Of a DNA stretch of 64,000 nt, positions 41,074-52,295 are shown piece by piece. A program made the position numbers and the translations under genes. Below the pieces are notes generated by a model. It was not told the origin of the DNA. It ran no database searches and saw only the letters and a list, made by a program, of their open reading frames with translations. The stretch is from an uncultured Verrucomicrobiae bacterium (GTDB lineage: Bacteria > Verrucomicrobiota > Verrucomicrobiia > Chthoniobacterales > JAFAMB01): contig CAWEXO010000013.1 in assembly GCA_963813025.1 (NCBI GenBank), positions 690,315 to 754,314 of the forward strand, in the 5' to 3' direction. Position 1 is the first letter of the stretch. Each line of letters opens with the position of its first letter.

Positions 41074-41340
41074 CTAAAAACCGCTTTGGTTACTCCCGCC
41101 CTGCGAATCAGGTGCGCCGGAAAATCCACGCCCTCTTCGAGGCGAAGCGCTCCCGGCAGGTTCGGTAGAGCTGCCGGGACGTGCACCATATTCGGCGAAC
41201 GCCGTCTTCGGATCCGTTGTTCCTGTCTTAGAAGCGCCGGTTCCTCCGTTTTGGCATCCGGCCAGAAAGGCTATTAACCCGAGGGCGAGCGATCCAATCA
41301 CCCATCGAGATTCTCTTCGCCCCAGAAACAGTTGACGCAT
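41074..41340 (-). CDS. Small lipoprotein
   Basis: Hydrophobic stretch and lipobox FLAG-C, followed by a disordered G/S/T-rich tail. Confidence 0.6.
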   Translation of the reverse strand: MRQLFLGRRESRWVIGSLALGLIAFLAGCQNGGTGASKTGTTDPKTAFAEYGARPGSSTEPAGSASPRRGRGFSGAPDSQGGSNQSGF

Positions 41341-41396
41341 GAATTGGTGATGTAAAACCCGATTTGGGCAGTTGTGCTTCGCGCTTTCGCCCACTA

Positions 41397-41949
41397 CTAC
41401 TGGCCGAGATGCGCCAGGGCGTTGCGCAGGGGAGCGCTGGAAATCTGCATCAATCCCTGGAAGGGCGTGTACATCTCCAATATCAAGAAGATCGCCCCTG
41501 AGACCGATAGCGCGCAGACAAATAGGGTGGCAATAGCGGTTGCATTGCGGGGTGCGAAGAGGCCGAAGCTGCTGAAAATAATGGCGGTCCACAAGACGAG
41601 CACCACCAGGAGCGGCATGGAAATGAAGCTGCTTGCTTGTTCGAACATGAGCCAACGCATTTTTCCGAGATCAATCGCCATATTTGATGCCTGGGCCTGG
41701 AGCGAGCGTTGGATGTCGTTTTTCGGGGGGAGTTCCTGAATTTTATCAAAGAGAATTTCACCCCCCGCTGCGGTCGGCTCCATTTGGGGATGTTGCTGAG
41801 GATCTTTCGGCCAAAGTGCATCGATCGTGCGGACAACGGCGGTGTGCAACAGATCACGCACTTCCTTTGTCTCTGGCCCGTAATGAGCCAGGACGCGGTC
41901 AAGTAGGACGACCTTGGCGGACGATCAAGCGGATGGCCATAGAATTCAT
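41397..41949 (-). pseudogene. DUF4239-like membrane protein with internal deletion
   Basis: RBS GGAGGAG and MNSMAIRLIV join out of frame to SAKVVLLDRVLAHYGPET. The C-terminus SFGLFAP..GAIFLILEMYTPFQG is intact. Confidence 0.7.
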
Positions 41950-42090
41950 GATCGCCGCTCCTCCAGAGGCACGGGCCGGGTCCGACAAGTTGGGGAGGCT
42001 TGCCGCAGCCGTCCCTCGTTGTCCATGACCACAATCAGCAGGGCTACCGCCATTTACTCAGGTAAGTTGCCCAAACCCGAAGAGCGATTC

Positions 42091-42110
42091 TATGGGACCT
42101 TAGTCCAATA
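42091..42110. promoter_or_regulatory. Palindromic box copy TATGGGACCTTAGTCCAATA
   Basis: Matches the recurring consensus TATTGGAC-N4-GTCCAATA. Confidence 0.75.
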
Positions 42111-42229
42111 AGCTGTCTCGAAGAGCAACGGCATCGTGGCAATGCCAACAGTCCTTCCCGAAGACGGCTCGAGAAAGCCGGCGCGCGGTCAGTGAAACAA
42201 AGAAGTTAGCTCAGCGCCACGGCCGTCTC

Positions 42230-42249
42230 TATTGGACCTTGGGCCCATA
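42230..42249. promoter_or_regulatory. Palindromic box copy TATTGGACCTTGGGCCCATA
   Basis: Second copy, 139 bp from the first. Confidence 0.7.
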
Positions 42250-42362
42250 GGGAAACGAATATCAGCAGTACCCATGACTAACTAATCGTGCTCGGGGGCA
42301 GCGGTCGATTTCGATGGGTTGGAACGGCTTGCAGCGTTTCGCTCGATACTGGCTGAGAAACA

Positions 42363-43856
42363 TTATTGCGGTGTCAAGACGGGGAGTTCCTGCACCCTCA
42401 TGATCGGCGGCGGGTTCCATTTGCCAGTCAGCGCTTCGGACTTCGGAGCATAGAGGCGCAGGCAAAGGTTGAAAGGCCCTTTGGGAGCCGGAAGCCAATT
42501 CGCTTCCTTTTCTGCACCTGGGCTCTCATTTTGAAAATAGAGATCGAGCGACCCGTCCGGATTGTACTGGAATGGCATCCAGCTACTGACGGCGAAACGG
42601 TTGAGGGTATTCGCGACCTGAAAGCCTTCCTGGTCGTAGAGTGTGATCGACCAGAAAGAGTTCACCGGCGGAATGGTCGCTTTGTCGAAGTGGATCGTGT
42701 ACTTGTTCGCACCGTCGAGCGGTTTGCCAGACTCGTCGCCAAGGTTCAAGGGGTAAATCGCATCCTCGGGCAGGTTCGCCCCGAGGCCTAATTGCGCGAC
42801 AATGGCGCGTTTAAGGTAGTAGTTGCCATAAACGCCCATCGTATCGGTGTTCATCGACCAGCCGTTAACGACTCTGGCGACGGTCGGGATCTTCCATTCC
42901 ATCAGCTTCTGCGCGGCCTTCGGCACGTCCTCGAGCGCCTTCTTCACGACGGGATCGACCTTGTAGAGGTCGAAGCTCTTGCCGAGTTCGATGCCGATGC
43001 GCTTCATCCTCGCGATGATCGGTTGATCGGTGATGTGCGGCGGCTGCAGCTTCATGACTTCTGCTGCGTAAGCAAAGTATTTACCGGCCGGCATCGTGTC
43101 GACCTGGACCTTCGGCGGAGTCTTCATGTCCACGCTAGGGTCGATCTTGACCTGGACCGCCTTGGGCGACTTTCCCCACTGGGAAAGCGGCGTGATCTTG
43201 TAGCCAGCCTGGATCTGGTGAACCGCCTCGTAGTCCTGCGGGCCGTCCGTTTTCGTACGGCCGATGATCCAAACATAGGGAGTGGGAGCGTCGATGCGCT
43301 GAGTATTCGGCGGAAGGCTGGAATCCTCAACGAGCCGATCTCTCAAATCGGGTCGCCACCCGGGCGGAACGACAATGAAATTGCCGGCGTTTGTGCCGGT
43401 CGTGCGCCACCCCGGCGAGGCGAACACATCTGTCCACATGTCGAGCATCGGCAGCAGGTAATAGCGACCGCCCGTATCTGGAACCGATACGATCATCGGC
43501 TCCTCAGTGAGGTCCAGCCATCCGGAGGAGTAGAGCGTGTCGAAATTCGGCCGGACAACGACTTTCAGGTCCGCTGAGGGATACTCAGGAATGTTTGCGA
43601 ACGAGTTCATTGGCCCACCAAGTCCTTTCCCCGGCTCGACATTGCTGAGTTGTTTGCGCGTTATGTCCATGGTGACGAGCGGGTAAAAATAGAGGTAAGC
43701 GTCGACTCCGATCGCGTAGGCCTCCTGCTCAGCGGCGGACTGTTGCGCTTCGGCTGCGTCTACAGAAATTGGAACTACTACAAAGGTGAACGAAAGGGCT
43801 ATCGCCCAAAAAAAAGGTGAGATGGTCCTGTTTACGTAGAAGGCTTGTTCTTTCAT
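42363..43856 (-). CDS. DUF1254/DUF1214 domain secreted protein
   Basis: AYLYFYPLV, VVRPNFDTLYS, WIIGRT, GANLPEDAIYP, FWSITLYD, NWLPAP, LRLYAP. Signal peptide after M at 43856. Confidence 0.92.
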   Translation of the reverse strand: MKEQAFYVNRTISPFFWAIALSFTFVVVPISVDAAEAQQSAAEQEAYAIGVDAYLYFYPLVTMDITRKQLSNVEPGKGLGGPMNSFANIPEYPSADLKVVVRPNFDTLYSSGWLDLTEEPMIVSVPDTGGRYYLLPMLDMWTDVFASPGWRTTGTNAGNFIVVPPGWRPDLRDRLVEDSSLPPNTQRIDAPTPYVWIIGRTKTDGPQDYEAVHQIQAGYKITPLSQWGKSPKAVQVKIDPSVDMKTPPKVQVDTMPAGKYFAYAAEVMKLQPPHITDQPIIARMKRIGIELGKSFDLYKVDPVVKKALEDVPKAAQKLMEWKIPTVARVVNGWSMNTDTMGVYGNYYLKRAIVAQLGLGANLPEDAIYPLNLGDESGKPLDGANKYTIHFDKATIPPVNSFWSITLYDQEGFQVANTLNRFAVSSWMPFQYNPDGSLDLYFQNESPGAEKEANWLPAPKGPFNLCLRLYAPKSEALTGKWNPPPIMRVQELPVLTPQ

Positions 43857-43956
43857 CGGCGGCGTATCTTCGTTACCTAGGGGGTTGTACTTTGATTGCA
43901 GTCTAAAGGAGAGACCACGTTCGTAATTGCGAGTCGGTGCACCAGGAACCGTTTTT

Positions 43957-44997
43957 TCACGGCATCCCCGGTAGTCCATCCCGGATGCGGCTCGAGAAAG
44001 CCGGATCGTGGTCGGCAGTGCGAGCGCGGTCGTTAATGTAGCTTAGGCGCTTGAGTTCTGCAAAAGGCAGCGCCGTGTCGATCGCCCCGAGTTCGTAGGC
44101 GTGTTCGTCGATCGAGCCATTGACCAGGAGCTGCCAGTCCCAGGGGTGGGCCGAGCCGATGTGCTTGATGTGGAGTCGGATGTTCGAAGTGCAATTGCTC
44201 AAGAGCTCGTTGTACCATTGCGCTCGCTCGTGGAGCTCGTTGGCGCTTTGGAGGTAATCAAGGAAAAGGGCTCGGGACCGTTCCGGGGTCGCCGGAATCA
44301 GGTGATAGAGATAGACGTCTTCCAGCCGGTAATTGGTGCGCAGCCGCACGATATCGCGCTCGTCGCCGATGACGTAATAGAGCTCGAACTGCCGGTACAA
44401 ACCGGCGAGTGCCGAATAAAGCTGGCCCTTCGTCATCCGCGTCTCGATCGAAATGCAGACGTAGCCCTCCGGACCGAAGTCGAAGCTCACGAACGTGTGG
44501 CAGATGAGCTTTGATCCCCAGTAGTTGGTAAAGAAATCAACCGTCCGCAGATTAGAAAGGTGGACGGTCTTGGTTTCCCATCGCGGGCTGAAGTCGGTTC
44601 TGCTTTTGTAGTCGAAGTCGCGGAAGCTGTGGATCACGACCCGGTCACCCTCAATTTCGGCATAGGGTGTCTCGGCCACGTCCGGCTGCCAGTCGCGCGT
44701 ATTGGAAGGGCGAATCGTGAGCCACCACGCGGCGAGCAGCGCAATTGCGAGGGCAACCCCGAGCTGTGCCCGCCAGTGGGGTCGCACGAACGCGAGCGCT
44801 GCGATCGCACTCAGCCCAAAAACAGCCGCCAAAGGTTGACGCAACGCCGGGACCGGGAAATCGAACCAGAGCGCGCCGAAGGCCCACGCGATGCCGATCA
44901 GCAATACCAGCCAGACCACACTCAATAGGAGCAAACGAACCAAAAGAAGGCACACCTGCGTGGCGCGGGCCTTCACGGTGGGCTCAGAGGATTGCAT
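43957..44997 (-). CDS. DUF4105 (Lnb-like) membrane protein
   Basis: N-terminal TMs. RDWQPDVA, CHTFVSF, SIETR, QFELYY, ERDIVRLR, YNELLSNCT. Confidence 0.88.
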   Translation of the reverse strand: MQSSEPTVKARATQVCLLLVRLLLLSVVWLVLLIGIAWAFGALWFDFPVPALRQPLAAVFGLSAIAALAFVRPHWRAQLGVALAIALLAAWWLTIRPSNTRDWQPDVAETPYAEIEGDRVVIHSFRDFDYKSRTDFSPRWETKTVHLSNLRTVDFFTNYWGSKLICHTFVSFDFGPEGYVCISIETRMTKGQLYSALAGLYRQFELYYVIGDERDIVRLRTNYRLEDVYLYHLIPATPERSRALFLDYLQSANELHERAQWYNELLSNCTSNIRLHIKHIGSAHPWDWQLLVNGSIDEHAYELGAIDTALPFAELKRLSYINDRARTADHDPAFSSRIRDGLPGMP

Positions 44998-45013
44998 CAG
45001 GCTGGTTAGAGCT

Positions 45014-46801
45014 TTAATGGGGTCGTGTCTTCTCAGTTGGTGAAGTCGCGGCGATTCCAATGACGGTAGGATTTTTTCTCTCGGAGGCGAGCGATCTGCC
45101 CATTCGCTGCTTTTTGACATCGTGTTCCTGTGTGGCGCTCACCGCGGTTAAATTCAAGCGAAGGATGCGTTTTAACTCGGTGACGGTCTGAGGAAGAGCA
45201 AACGAACCGTGAGGACCAGGCACGATCAGTTCCGACCTGGCACCGGTCATGTGCGAGCTCCAATAGGCAACCACGCCGTCCGAACTGTTCGGCGTATCGC
45301 CTCTCCCACGGTCTCCCGCGATGGTGTGGTACGGCGCATGGATCGGGAGCGTGTCGAGCCCGCGAAGCACAGGAGATCGCGGCGAAAGGCCGTTGATGCC
45401 CGTCGGCATGTGTTTAATGCCGACGTCCCTCTCGAGCGGAGCGGTGACCACGTCCACGGCTCCGCTCAACAGTTTGGCCGGCAGGCTAATGAGACCGGTG
45501 CCGAACGAACCGATCCAGTTGATCGCCAGATCGCTGCCTCGATGAGGGACGCAAATGAACACTATCCTTTGCACCCGGGGGCTCGCGTCAAAGATCAGTG
45601 CTCGCTTAACGACGTTATCCGGTGGCAACTTGGCGTAGAGCCGATCCGCATCACCTTGGAAAACACGGTCCCAGAGGACGCGTCTGGTCGTTACCGCCTG
45701 CATTTGGGAAAGGAGTCCGCCCATACTGTGGCTAATGAGCACTACGTTCTTTGTTTTGGGATAAAGTTGATAGACTTGCGCCAAACTCTCGCGAAGTTTG
45801 AGCGCGGACAGCAGAATCGGATCACCTGTCGGGTAGGCAAAAACCCAGAACTGATAACGGCCGCGTAGCTCTGGATCGGACTCGACGGCGCTGATCGTGG
45901 GGAGCCACATCTGAGGTATCGACGTCAACCCGTGGATCAGAACCACCGGGATCCGGTGGGGATCGTAGGGTTCAAGCATGTAGAGACCGGCCCGTTCCTC
46001 GTAGCTTGGGGGCGAAGCATCGCCATGAATCCCAGCAACTTGGGCTCAAGATAATAGGCGAGCGGCGCGCCGAAGTCGGCGGCCAACGGCTTTGGGGCGC
46101 ACGCAATTCGCACCGTTTCCCGTCTGGTAGGATCATAGAGCACCAGCGTGACGTCACGCGCCTGCCCGACCCCGGAGGCTGACGGCGAGAAATCGAGTAC
46201 CGCTGTGATCGGGACGGCCACTCTAACACGCGGCAGAAAGTACTTCCGGGGATCCGCAGGCTTGTGGACTCCCACTAGCACCCCGCCCCAATCGTTAATC
46301 CGCGCCTCCTGGTGAGGGACCTTTTCGTGTACTTGGCTGGGAGTACGAAAGAAGTCGAAATAACCTGGATCCCACGTACCCTCCTTCCGCGAACCGGCCG
46401 CGAAGTGTAACTGGTAGTTACCTTCGCGCGAAGGAATCGTTTCGGTCCGATTCCACAGCTCAGCAGACGACCGCAGCAAAACCGCAACTTCCTGCGACGC
46501 GATGCTGTAAATAGACCGGGCTTCTTCGTTCACCTGGTCCCCTGAGGAAACGGCCAGCGACCGCGCGGCCGCATCCGCCGCATCGAGGTAATGCCCCGGC
46601 CGCAGTCCTCGGATCGGAGTGTGTCCTCCGCGCTTGGATTAGACTCAGCCGGGCTTCAGAGACGATCGCTTCCGGGGCCAAACCCTTCGGGGGCGGCGCC
46701 ACCGCATCAGTAGCGCGCCCCTCAGAAACCGCCAGGTAACACAAAAGCAGGAGCGGGCCGGCTAGCTGGCGAGCCAGGCAGAATCGGAACGAAGTGTTCA
46801 T
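45014..46801 (-). pseudogene. Secreted alpha/beta hydrolase, split by two frameshifts
   Basis: Three consecutive ORFs (46460-46855, 45937-46533, 45014-45979). LEPYDP.RIPVVLIHGL, SHSMGG, PHRGS, SDGVV. Confidence 0.8.
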
Positions 46802-47424
46802 AACAGTAGGGGTCGGTCTACTGTTGGTGAGTTTATGTGTGCCGCGGTGAACCAAAATTAGGAACGCCTGTTCGGGACGCCGATGTTAGCGAATTGCACA
46901 AATCGCCCTGATCTTTTGAACAAGCGACCGACGTTGAGCTCGCCGCTGAGAACGCAGTTCGCTATGACGCAGGATTTCACCGATCAGGAGTGGAAAGTCG
47001 CTCAGAGTTGGTGTCTCGGGAAAACGATTCGTTCCATTGTCGAGCGTACCGTGAGTTCGTGGAAACATAATGAGGCGTTCTTCTCCAAACTACTCAAAGA
47101 AATTGGCGTCCGCTATTGTACTTTGGTATCACTTGGGTTCTGGCACTGGTGCGCAGGTTGCGCCATGCTCGAATCGGCGAGTCGCACAGGAATGAACCGC
47201 CTTTGGCTACGCGCGAGAAGAACAGCCAGGCAATCCTTTCCGCTGTCGAGGCGAAGTCCGATCTCATTCGCCGGCGCTACCCGTAAAGCGAACTTCCAGC
47301 TTGTCAACGCCGCGCTCCGGCGTGACTCTGAAATCGGCGCAGCTTTCCACGCAATTTCCTTGCAGTGGCTGGAGGAGCGCAGTATTTTCAACTGGAGAGC
47401 GTATCAATTTTGAAAAGGCATTTC

Positions 47425-47444
47425 TATTGGACCATAGTCCAATA
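47425..47444. promoter_or_regulatory. Perfect palindromic box TATTGGAC-CATA-GTCCAATA
   Basis: The arms extend to 10 bp (47423-47446). Lies between divergent hydrolase genes. Confidence 0.8.
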
Positions 47445-47481
47445 GACGGCGGCGTACCCGGCGACCTAAAATCGAACTGAT

Positions 47482-49020
47482 ATGGCGGAAACCCCAGCCG
47501 GCGACGCGTGTAGTAATGGAATCGCTATTTTTGCTAAACCGATTGCAGCAGCCTTGGCAAGGCGGAATCATCGGTCAGCGCTGAATATTAACTTGATTCG
47601 CCGCGTCTGTTTTATTTCCTCGTTTCTGATCCTGTTGGGAGGCTGCGCCGCATATGGGCCCTACCACGGAAATACCGCCAGCCAGCCGTACAACTCAATC
47701 CGAGGGCCCGCGGACGGGCGTTACAAGTTGGCTTTTATCGAATTTGGGGATCAAGGCTCAGCCCTCGATACCTCCCAACGAACTGCCGCTCTGCAAGTAA
47801 TCCACCAAGCAGAGCGTCCCCTGCTCTTCGTCTATATCCACGGCTGGCAAAATAACGCAAATTCCGGGGATGTCTGCCGGTTCGAACACTTCATCGACAC
47901 GATGTCGCGTTATCCCGAGATCACCGGGCGAAAGATCAATGTGATCGGTGCCTACATTGCTTGGCGCGGCGAAGACATTACTGTGCCGGTCCTAAAATTT
48001 CTTACCTTCTGGAGCCGCAAATCTACCGGCGGACAAATCGCCGCGCAAAACGGTTGCCTCGCGACGATCAGCGAGCTGGCCCTGGCCGCGCGGGCACCAG
48101 AGAAGAGCTACCACCATTGCGTGCTGCTCGGCCATTCTTTTGGTGGATTGGTGCTTGGAAACACGATTTCTCATTCCATTCTCGATGCCAGCAGCACCGG
48201 TGCGCGTAATTCCAGCCCGTGGGACATGGCGGTTGCATTTAACTCAGCGGATAGTTCCATCAGTACTCGGCAGTTGATGTCCGAACTCGATTACCTTTAT
48301 CAATATGACCCTCAACGACGTGCGTTCTTCGGTCGATCTCCCGGGGCTGAAGCGGGCACCGCCATCGACGAAAACCGGCCCTTTCTCATCGTTCTCCAAT
48401 CCGAGAACGATCAAGCGACCGGCAAATTCTTTCCGATCGGCACTGGAGCGTTTAATTTAGTCGGTCTGCGCGCCCATTGGGATCGGGTACCGATACCGGG
48501 CAGCAATGGACAAAAAATCTCTGAGCGGGAGTTCTATACGCATACGCCCGGCAATGAAAAGTACCTGGTCAATTATCACGTTGTTCCGCGTGGTGAGTGC
48601 GCGCCGCCGCCTGGTCTGCGCGCCACAGAGAACCGCGCGTTCGAGGCCAACGTTAGAGACAACCGCCCGGAAAACACCTTTTATACAAGCGAGCGAAACG
48701 ACGGCCATGAAGCGCAATTCTGTCGCAACGCCAACTATAATCCGGATGAAATTCGTCCATCAACCGGACGAGAACTTTGGCGCCGCTGGCAATTTGTTTA
48801 CACCGGCAATGCCCGCGTTCCCTGCTGGATCGTGCGCGTGCCCAAGGATATTATTTGGGGTCACGGCGGGTTGTGGAGCGACAACTCCGTCGCCATGTTA
48901 GCTGCTCTTTTTCGAATACATTTCCCGCTCACCGGCCAAGGCAAGGTGGCTCCGCCACAGCGGCCCAGTGCTCCAAAATCTCCGGATTTACAACAGCTAA
49001 ACCAGGACAAACGGCGCTGA
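47482..49020 (+). CDS. Alpha/beta hydrolase-fold lipoprotein
   Basis: Lipobox LGG-C. FIEFGDQG, YIHGW.NNA, GHSFGG. The true start is probably downstream (about 47594). Confidence 0.75.
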   Translation: MAETPAGDACSNGIAIFAKPIAAALARRNHRSALNINLIRRVCFISSFLILLGGCAAYGPYHGNTASQPYNSIRGPADGRYKLAFIEFGDQGSALDTSQRTAALQVIHQAERPLLFVYIHGWQNNANSGDVCRFEHFIDTMSRYPEITGRKINVIGAYIAWRGEDITVPVLKFLTFWSRKSTGGQIAAQNGCLATISELALAARAPEKSYHHCVLLGHSFGGLVLGNTISHSILDASSTGARNSSPWDMAVAFNSADSSISTRQLMSELDYLYQYDPQRRAFFGRSPGAEAGTAIDENRPFLIVLQSENDQATGKFFPIGTGAFNLVGLRAHWDRVPIPGSNGQKISEREFYTHTPGNEKYLVNYHVVPRGECAPPPGLRATENRAFEANVRDNRPENTFYTSERNDGHEAQFCRNANYNPDEIRPSTGRELWRRWQFVYTGNARVPCWIVRVPKDIIWGHGGLWSDNSVAMLAALFRIHFPLTGQGKVAPPQRPSAPKSPDLQQLNQDKRR

Positions 49021-49161
49021 CGGATACCGTAATCTTTAAAAAACCGTTAACTAGCCAAGCGCTCGGCCCTTGATATTCACCGAAGCACAAGCGTAATACC
49101 GGCATCCCCTCCTTTCGCATCGCATAACGGTCCAATCTTCCGAGGGCCAACATTGACGTAA

Positions 49162-49710
49162 TTAACTTCGTCTTTGTGTTCCAGGGACGAAAGACTGTCG
49201 GTCCGGCGAACGCCTGCTAAAGAACATCTTTCTGAGCTGGCCCTCACCAAGACGCGTGTTCAGCTCAGCGACCGATGTGTAGATCAGGAATAGAACGAAA
49301 ATCCAGATCTGGATCGCGGCAAAGCGGTGCCAGGTAAAGTGGGTGGCCACGTACTCAGGAATCGCACCGAGTGTTCCTCCGCCGAAAAGGTATTCGATCA
49401 ACTTTTCCAGGAACCGCACCAGGAAAACCACCGCCCAATAAACGACGGTTTTGAACAGGACCGGTTCGATCATCGGAGCCTTGTCAAAATGGCGCAGGAA
49501 TGGCATTGCGTCCGCCACCAGAACGGACTTGCCTACCACCAGTGCCGCCATCGTCGCAATTAGGAAGCTCGCAACGCTGCGCGAGTAATCTGCGAGAATG
49601 AGGTTCGTAGTCAGGACAATCAGATTGAACCCGACCGCGAAAAATATCGTCGGCGGCAGGAGTTCGCGGAGTTCTTTGACTGAAAATGCAATAAGACGTG
49701 AGTTAGGCAT
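49162..49710 (-). CDS. Hypothetical membrane protein
   Basis: Four hydrophobic segments. Starts 10 bp after the mscS stop. LPPTIFF, LVVGKSVLVAD. Confidence 0.75.
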   Translation of the reverse strand: MPNSRLIAFSVKELRELLPPTIFFAVGFNLIVLTTNLILADYSRSVASFLIATMAALVVGKSVLVADAMPFLRHFDKAPMIEPVLFKTVVYWAVVFLVRFLEKLIEYLFGGGTLGAIPEYVATHFTWHRFAAIQIWIFVLFLIYTSVAELNTRLGEGQLRKMFFSRRSPDRQSFVPGTQRRS

Positions 49711-49720
49711 AAACGACTTC

Positions 49721-52093
49721 CTAGGCAATCGCGATTTTCTCCCGGGCCAAGGCATCATTGACGGCGACCGACAGATCGCTTCGCAGCTGAGCCCAGCCCT
49801 GATACCGATCCGTCCAAACTCGAAGTTGGAAGGTTATAACGGCAGCGGTGAAGTTGACTACATACACTTGCGGTGATGGTTCTTTTGCTACATCAGGATA
49901 GCCGGCGACCGTCGTTTTCAACAATTCGACCACGCGCCGGGAATCGGCGCCTCCCACCACGCTGACGGAGACTTCGACCGCGCGCTTTCGATCCGAAAGC
50001 GTCCAGTTTGTCACTTGATTCGAGATTAACGACCCATTCGGCACGATGACTTCAGAACCGTCCGCGGTGCGAATAACACTGGCTCGGATGCCGATACGCT
50101 CGACCTCTCCCACATTACCGCTAACCTCGACGATGTCACCCATTTTAATCGGACGTTCAAAAAGGAGAATCAGGCCGGACACAAAGTTGTTAATCACATT
50201 TTGTAATCCAAATCCAATCCCCACGCTGAATGCTCCAGCCAGGATGGTAATTTTTGTCAGATCGATGCCCAGCGCTCCCAAGCCGACGAAGAATCCCAGG
50301 AGCAGGAGGACATAGTGAAGCACAGTTGAGATCGCGTACGGAATCCCGCTGGCGAGATGGAGATGACGATAGATGTCTTCCTCCAACAGAAAACGCAAGA
50401 ATTTCGAGAGTAGAAAAGAAGCACAAACCGCGATCACGAATGCCAGGATGCGGCCCAGGGTAATATTGAGGGAGCCGATGGCGAGGTTCGCGTTCAACGC
50501 CGATTCGATCCTCGCGATCAGCGGATCTCGCAGACCGAAAAAGCTCAGCAGCAGATTCAACCAGAACAAAAAAGCCAAAAACTCGAGTACGCGGGACGTC
50601 CGCCGCTGAAGCATCATGCGATACAGACTGATGACGCGCAACGATCCAAGGGGTTGGACTTGCAAGGCAATCGTGATCAATCCCTCGATGATCCGAATGG
50701 CGATATACAGCAAGGCCGCGACATAAACGCTTCTGAGAAAAATAATTCCCAAAAGGTTCCCCAAGTTGACGTAACCGAAGATATTTGCGAGGAACGCCGT
50801 CGGCAAAAGAATAAGTCCGATTTTGGCAATCACTCGGAGTGCTCGCCAAAAGCGGCCCTGGGTTTCAGCAGGACCCATCGCTGGGTGCCAGCTCCAAAGC
50901 AGCCAGATCAGAAAGAGAGTGGCTCCCAGCATTTGGCCGAGAAAGATGAACCTCGCCAAAATCGGTAGAGGTGCCGCGAGTACTTCGATTTGACTGACGA
51001 AGTACATGATGACGAGAGCATTGACGATTGGATATGAGTTACGTTCAAGTAGCCGTCGAAGAATCACTACGGTTGGGATAAGCGTTACCGCTCCCATAAT
51101 GGCATGAATTAGGGACGGAGCTTGCGCAACGTTTGACGGGATGATCAGAATAGAAAGCACGAAGGCAGTTGAAACGGGGAGATCGAGGATCGGCAGAGCC
51201 CGGTGCAGATCCGGTTTTTCATCCGCTAATTTCCGAATTCTCCGCCGCGTCCAGTGAAGCGCGGCAGCTATCACCAACAGGAGAAGAGCGCGGGTCAGGA
51301 CGGTAAAAGGGAGTCGTTTAGTAAACGCGGTTGATGCTTTCAGTTCTGACGAAAATGACTCGCCACTCTGCTTCTCCCACTCTGTACCCAGACTGGTTTT
51401 AAGGCTCCAGAGGGGCGGGCGATCTCTGACAAAGACGTTCCTCAATGCCCGCTTTTCTGCTTGCTCAATTGAAGACAGAACTGTTCGTGCACGGGCTTCC
51501 TCCCCAGAAAGTTGGGTTTGTAGGGTCAAAATCTGGGCGAGGCCGGTTTCAGCCGTCTGTCGGGTCCGCGCAACGGAGTCAGCGACGCCCTGCACGCCCT
51601 GCGCGATCGGCAGGGGCGTTTCCGGTTGTTTGGCTGATTGGAGCGTTGCCTGCCAGGTCGCGTTCATCTGAACCAGGTGAGCGAGCTGCTCTTCCAGCCT
51701 GGTGGCGTGCTGGGTCAGCTCGCGAGCTGATACGATCAGGTCGTGGCCAAATTTGTGCCAGGTAAGCTTGAGCCGATAAAGTACGTCGAGGGATGGGCTA
51801 GTCGCCAGGAGCTTGGTGTCGCTAGCAATTCTTGCATCGATTTCCCCTGTTAGTTCCGAGAGAGTGCGGACGATATCCGCGGTTGACTGATCCCTTGATA
51901 CGCTCGCGTCAATCTCCTGGAGAGAGGCAAGCGCGGACTGCGCTTCCACAGGGACTTTGGCTAGCGGGATGGGTGTAGGCGCCGGACCTGGTTTCGCCAG
52001 TGAGACAGCAGCTTGCTGGCCTGGTGCCGGGGCACTGCCCGCAACCAACACCAGGATAAACAGTAAAGCGAGTCGACCCATTGGGTGCGTCAC
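49721..52093 (-). CDS. Mechanosensitive channel, MscS/MscK-like with periplasmic coiled-coil
   Basis: Signal peptide, helical domain, many TMs, GIGFGLQNVINNFVSGLILLFERP, IVPN..VTNWT. Confidence 0.92.
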   Translation of the reverse strand: MTHPMGRLALLFILVLVAGSAPAPGQQAAVSLAKPGPAPTPIPLAKVPVEAQSALASLQEIDASVSRDQSTADIVRTLSELTGEIDARIASDTKLLATSPSLDVLYRLKLTWHKFGHDLIVSARELTQHATRLEEQLAHLVQMNATWQATLQSAKQPETPLPIAQGVQGVADSVARTRQTAETGLAQILTLQTQLSGEEARARTVLSSIEQAEKRALRNVFVRDRPPLWSLKTSLGTEWEKQSGESFSSELKASTAFTKRLPFTVLTRALLLLVIAAALHWTRRRIRKLADEKPDLHRALPILDLPVSTAFVLSILIIPSNVAQAPSLIHAIMGAVTLIPTVVILRRLLERNSYPIVNALVIMYFVSQIEVLAAPLPILARFIFLGQMLGATLFLIWLLWSWHPAMGPAETQGRFWRALRVIAKIGLILLPTAFLANIFGYVNLGNLLGIIFLRSVYVAALLYIAIRIIEGLITIALQVQPLGSLRVISLYRMMLQRRTSRVLEFLAFLFWLNLLLSFFGLRDPLIARIESALNANLAIGSLNITLGRILAFVIAVCASFLLSKFLRFLLEEDIYRHLHLASGIPYAISTVLHYVLLLLGFFVGLGALGIDLTKITILAGAFSVGIGFGLQNVINNFVSGLILLFERPIKMGDIVEVSGNVGEVERIGIRASVIRTADGSEVIVPNGSLISNQVTNWTLSDRKRAVEVSVSVVGGADSRRVVELLKTTVAGYPDVAKEPSPQVYVVNFTAAVITFQLRVWTDRYQGWAQLRSDLSVAVNDALAREKIAIA

Positions 52094-52295
52094 GGATCTA
52101 TGGAATAGAATTGTTTTCCACCTCTATGTACACTTCGATTTGACCGTACTGGACCGCACGCACGATCGCCTAACAGGCGCGAAAGGCGGTTGCCCGTTCG
52201 GACCACCCACAGTTCGTCATCACTGTTATCGCAAAAGCGAGCGGTCAGCTCCGCCCTGGCGGCCGCTTATGGTATCAGCTTCCTTACAAGGTGTC

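Noticed and set aside
46883..47413. 176-aa plus-strand ORF between divergent hydrolases
   Set aside because: Atypical composition, no motif, and it overlaps the presumed regulatory region.
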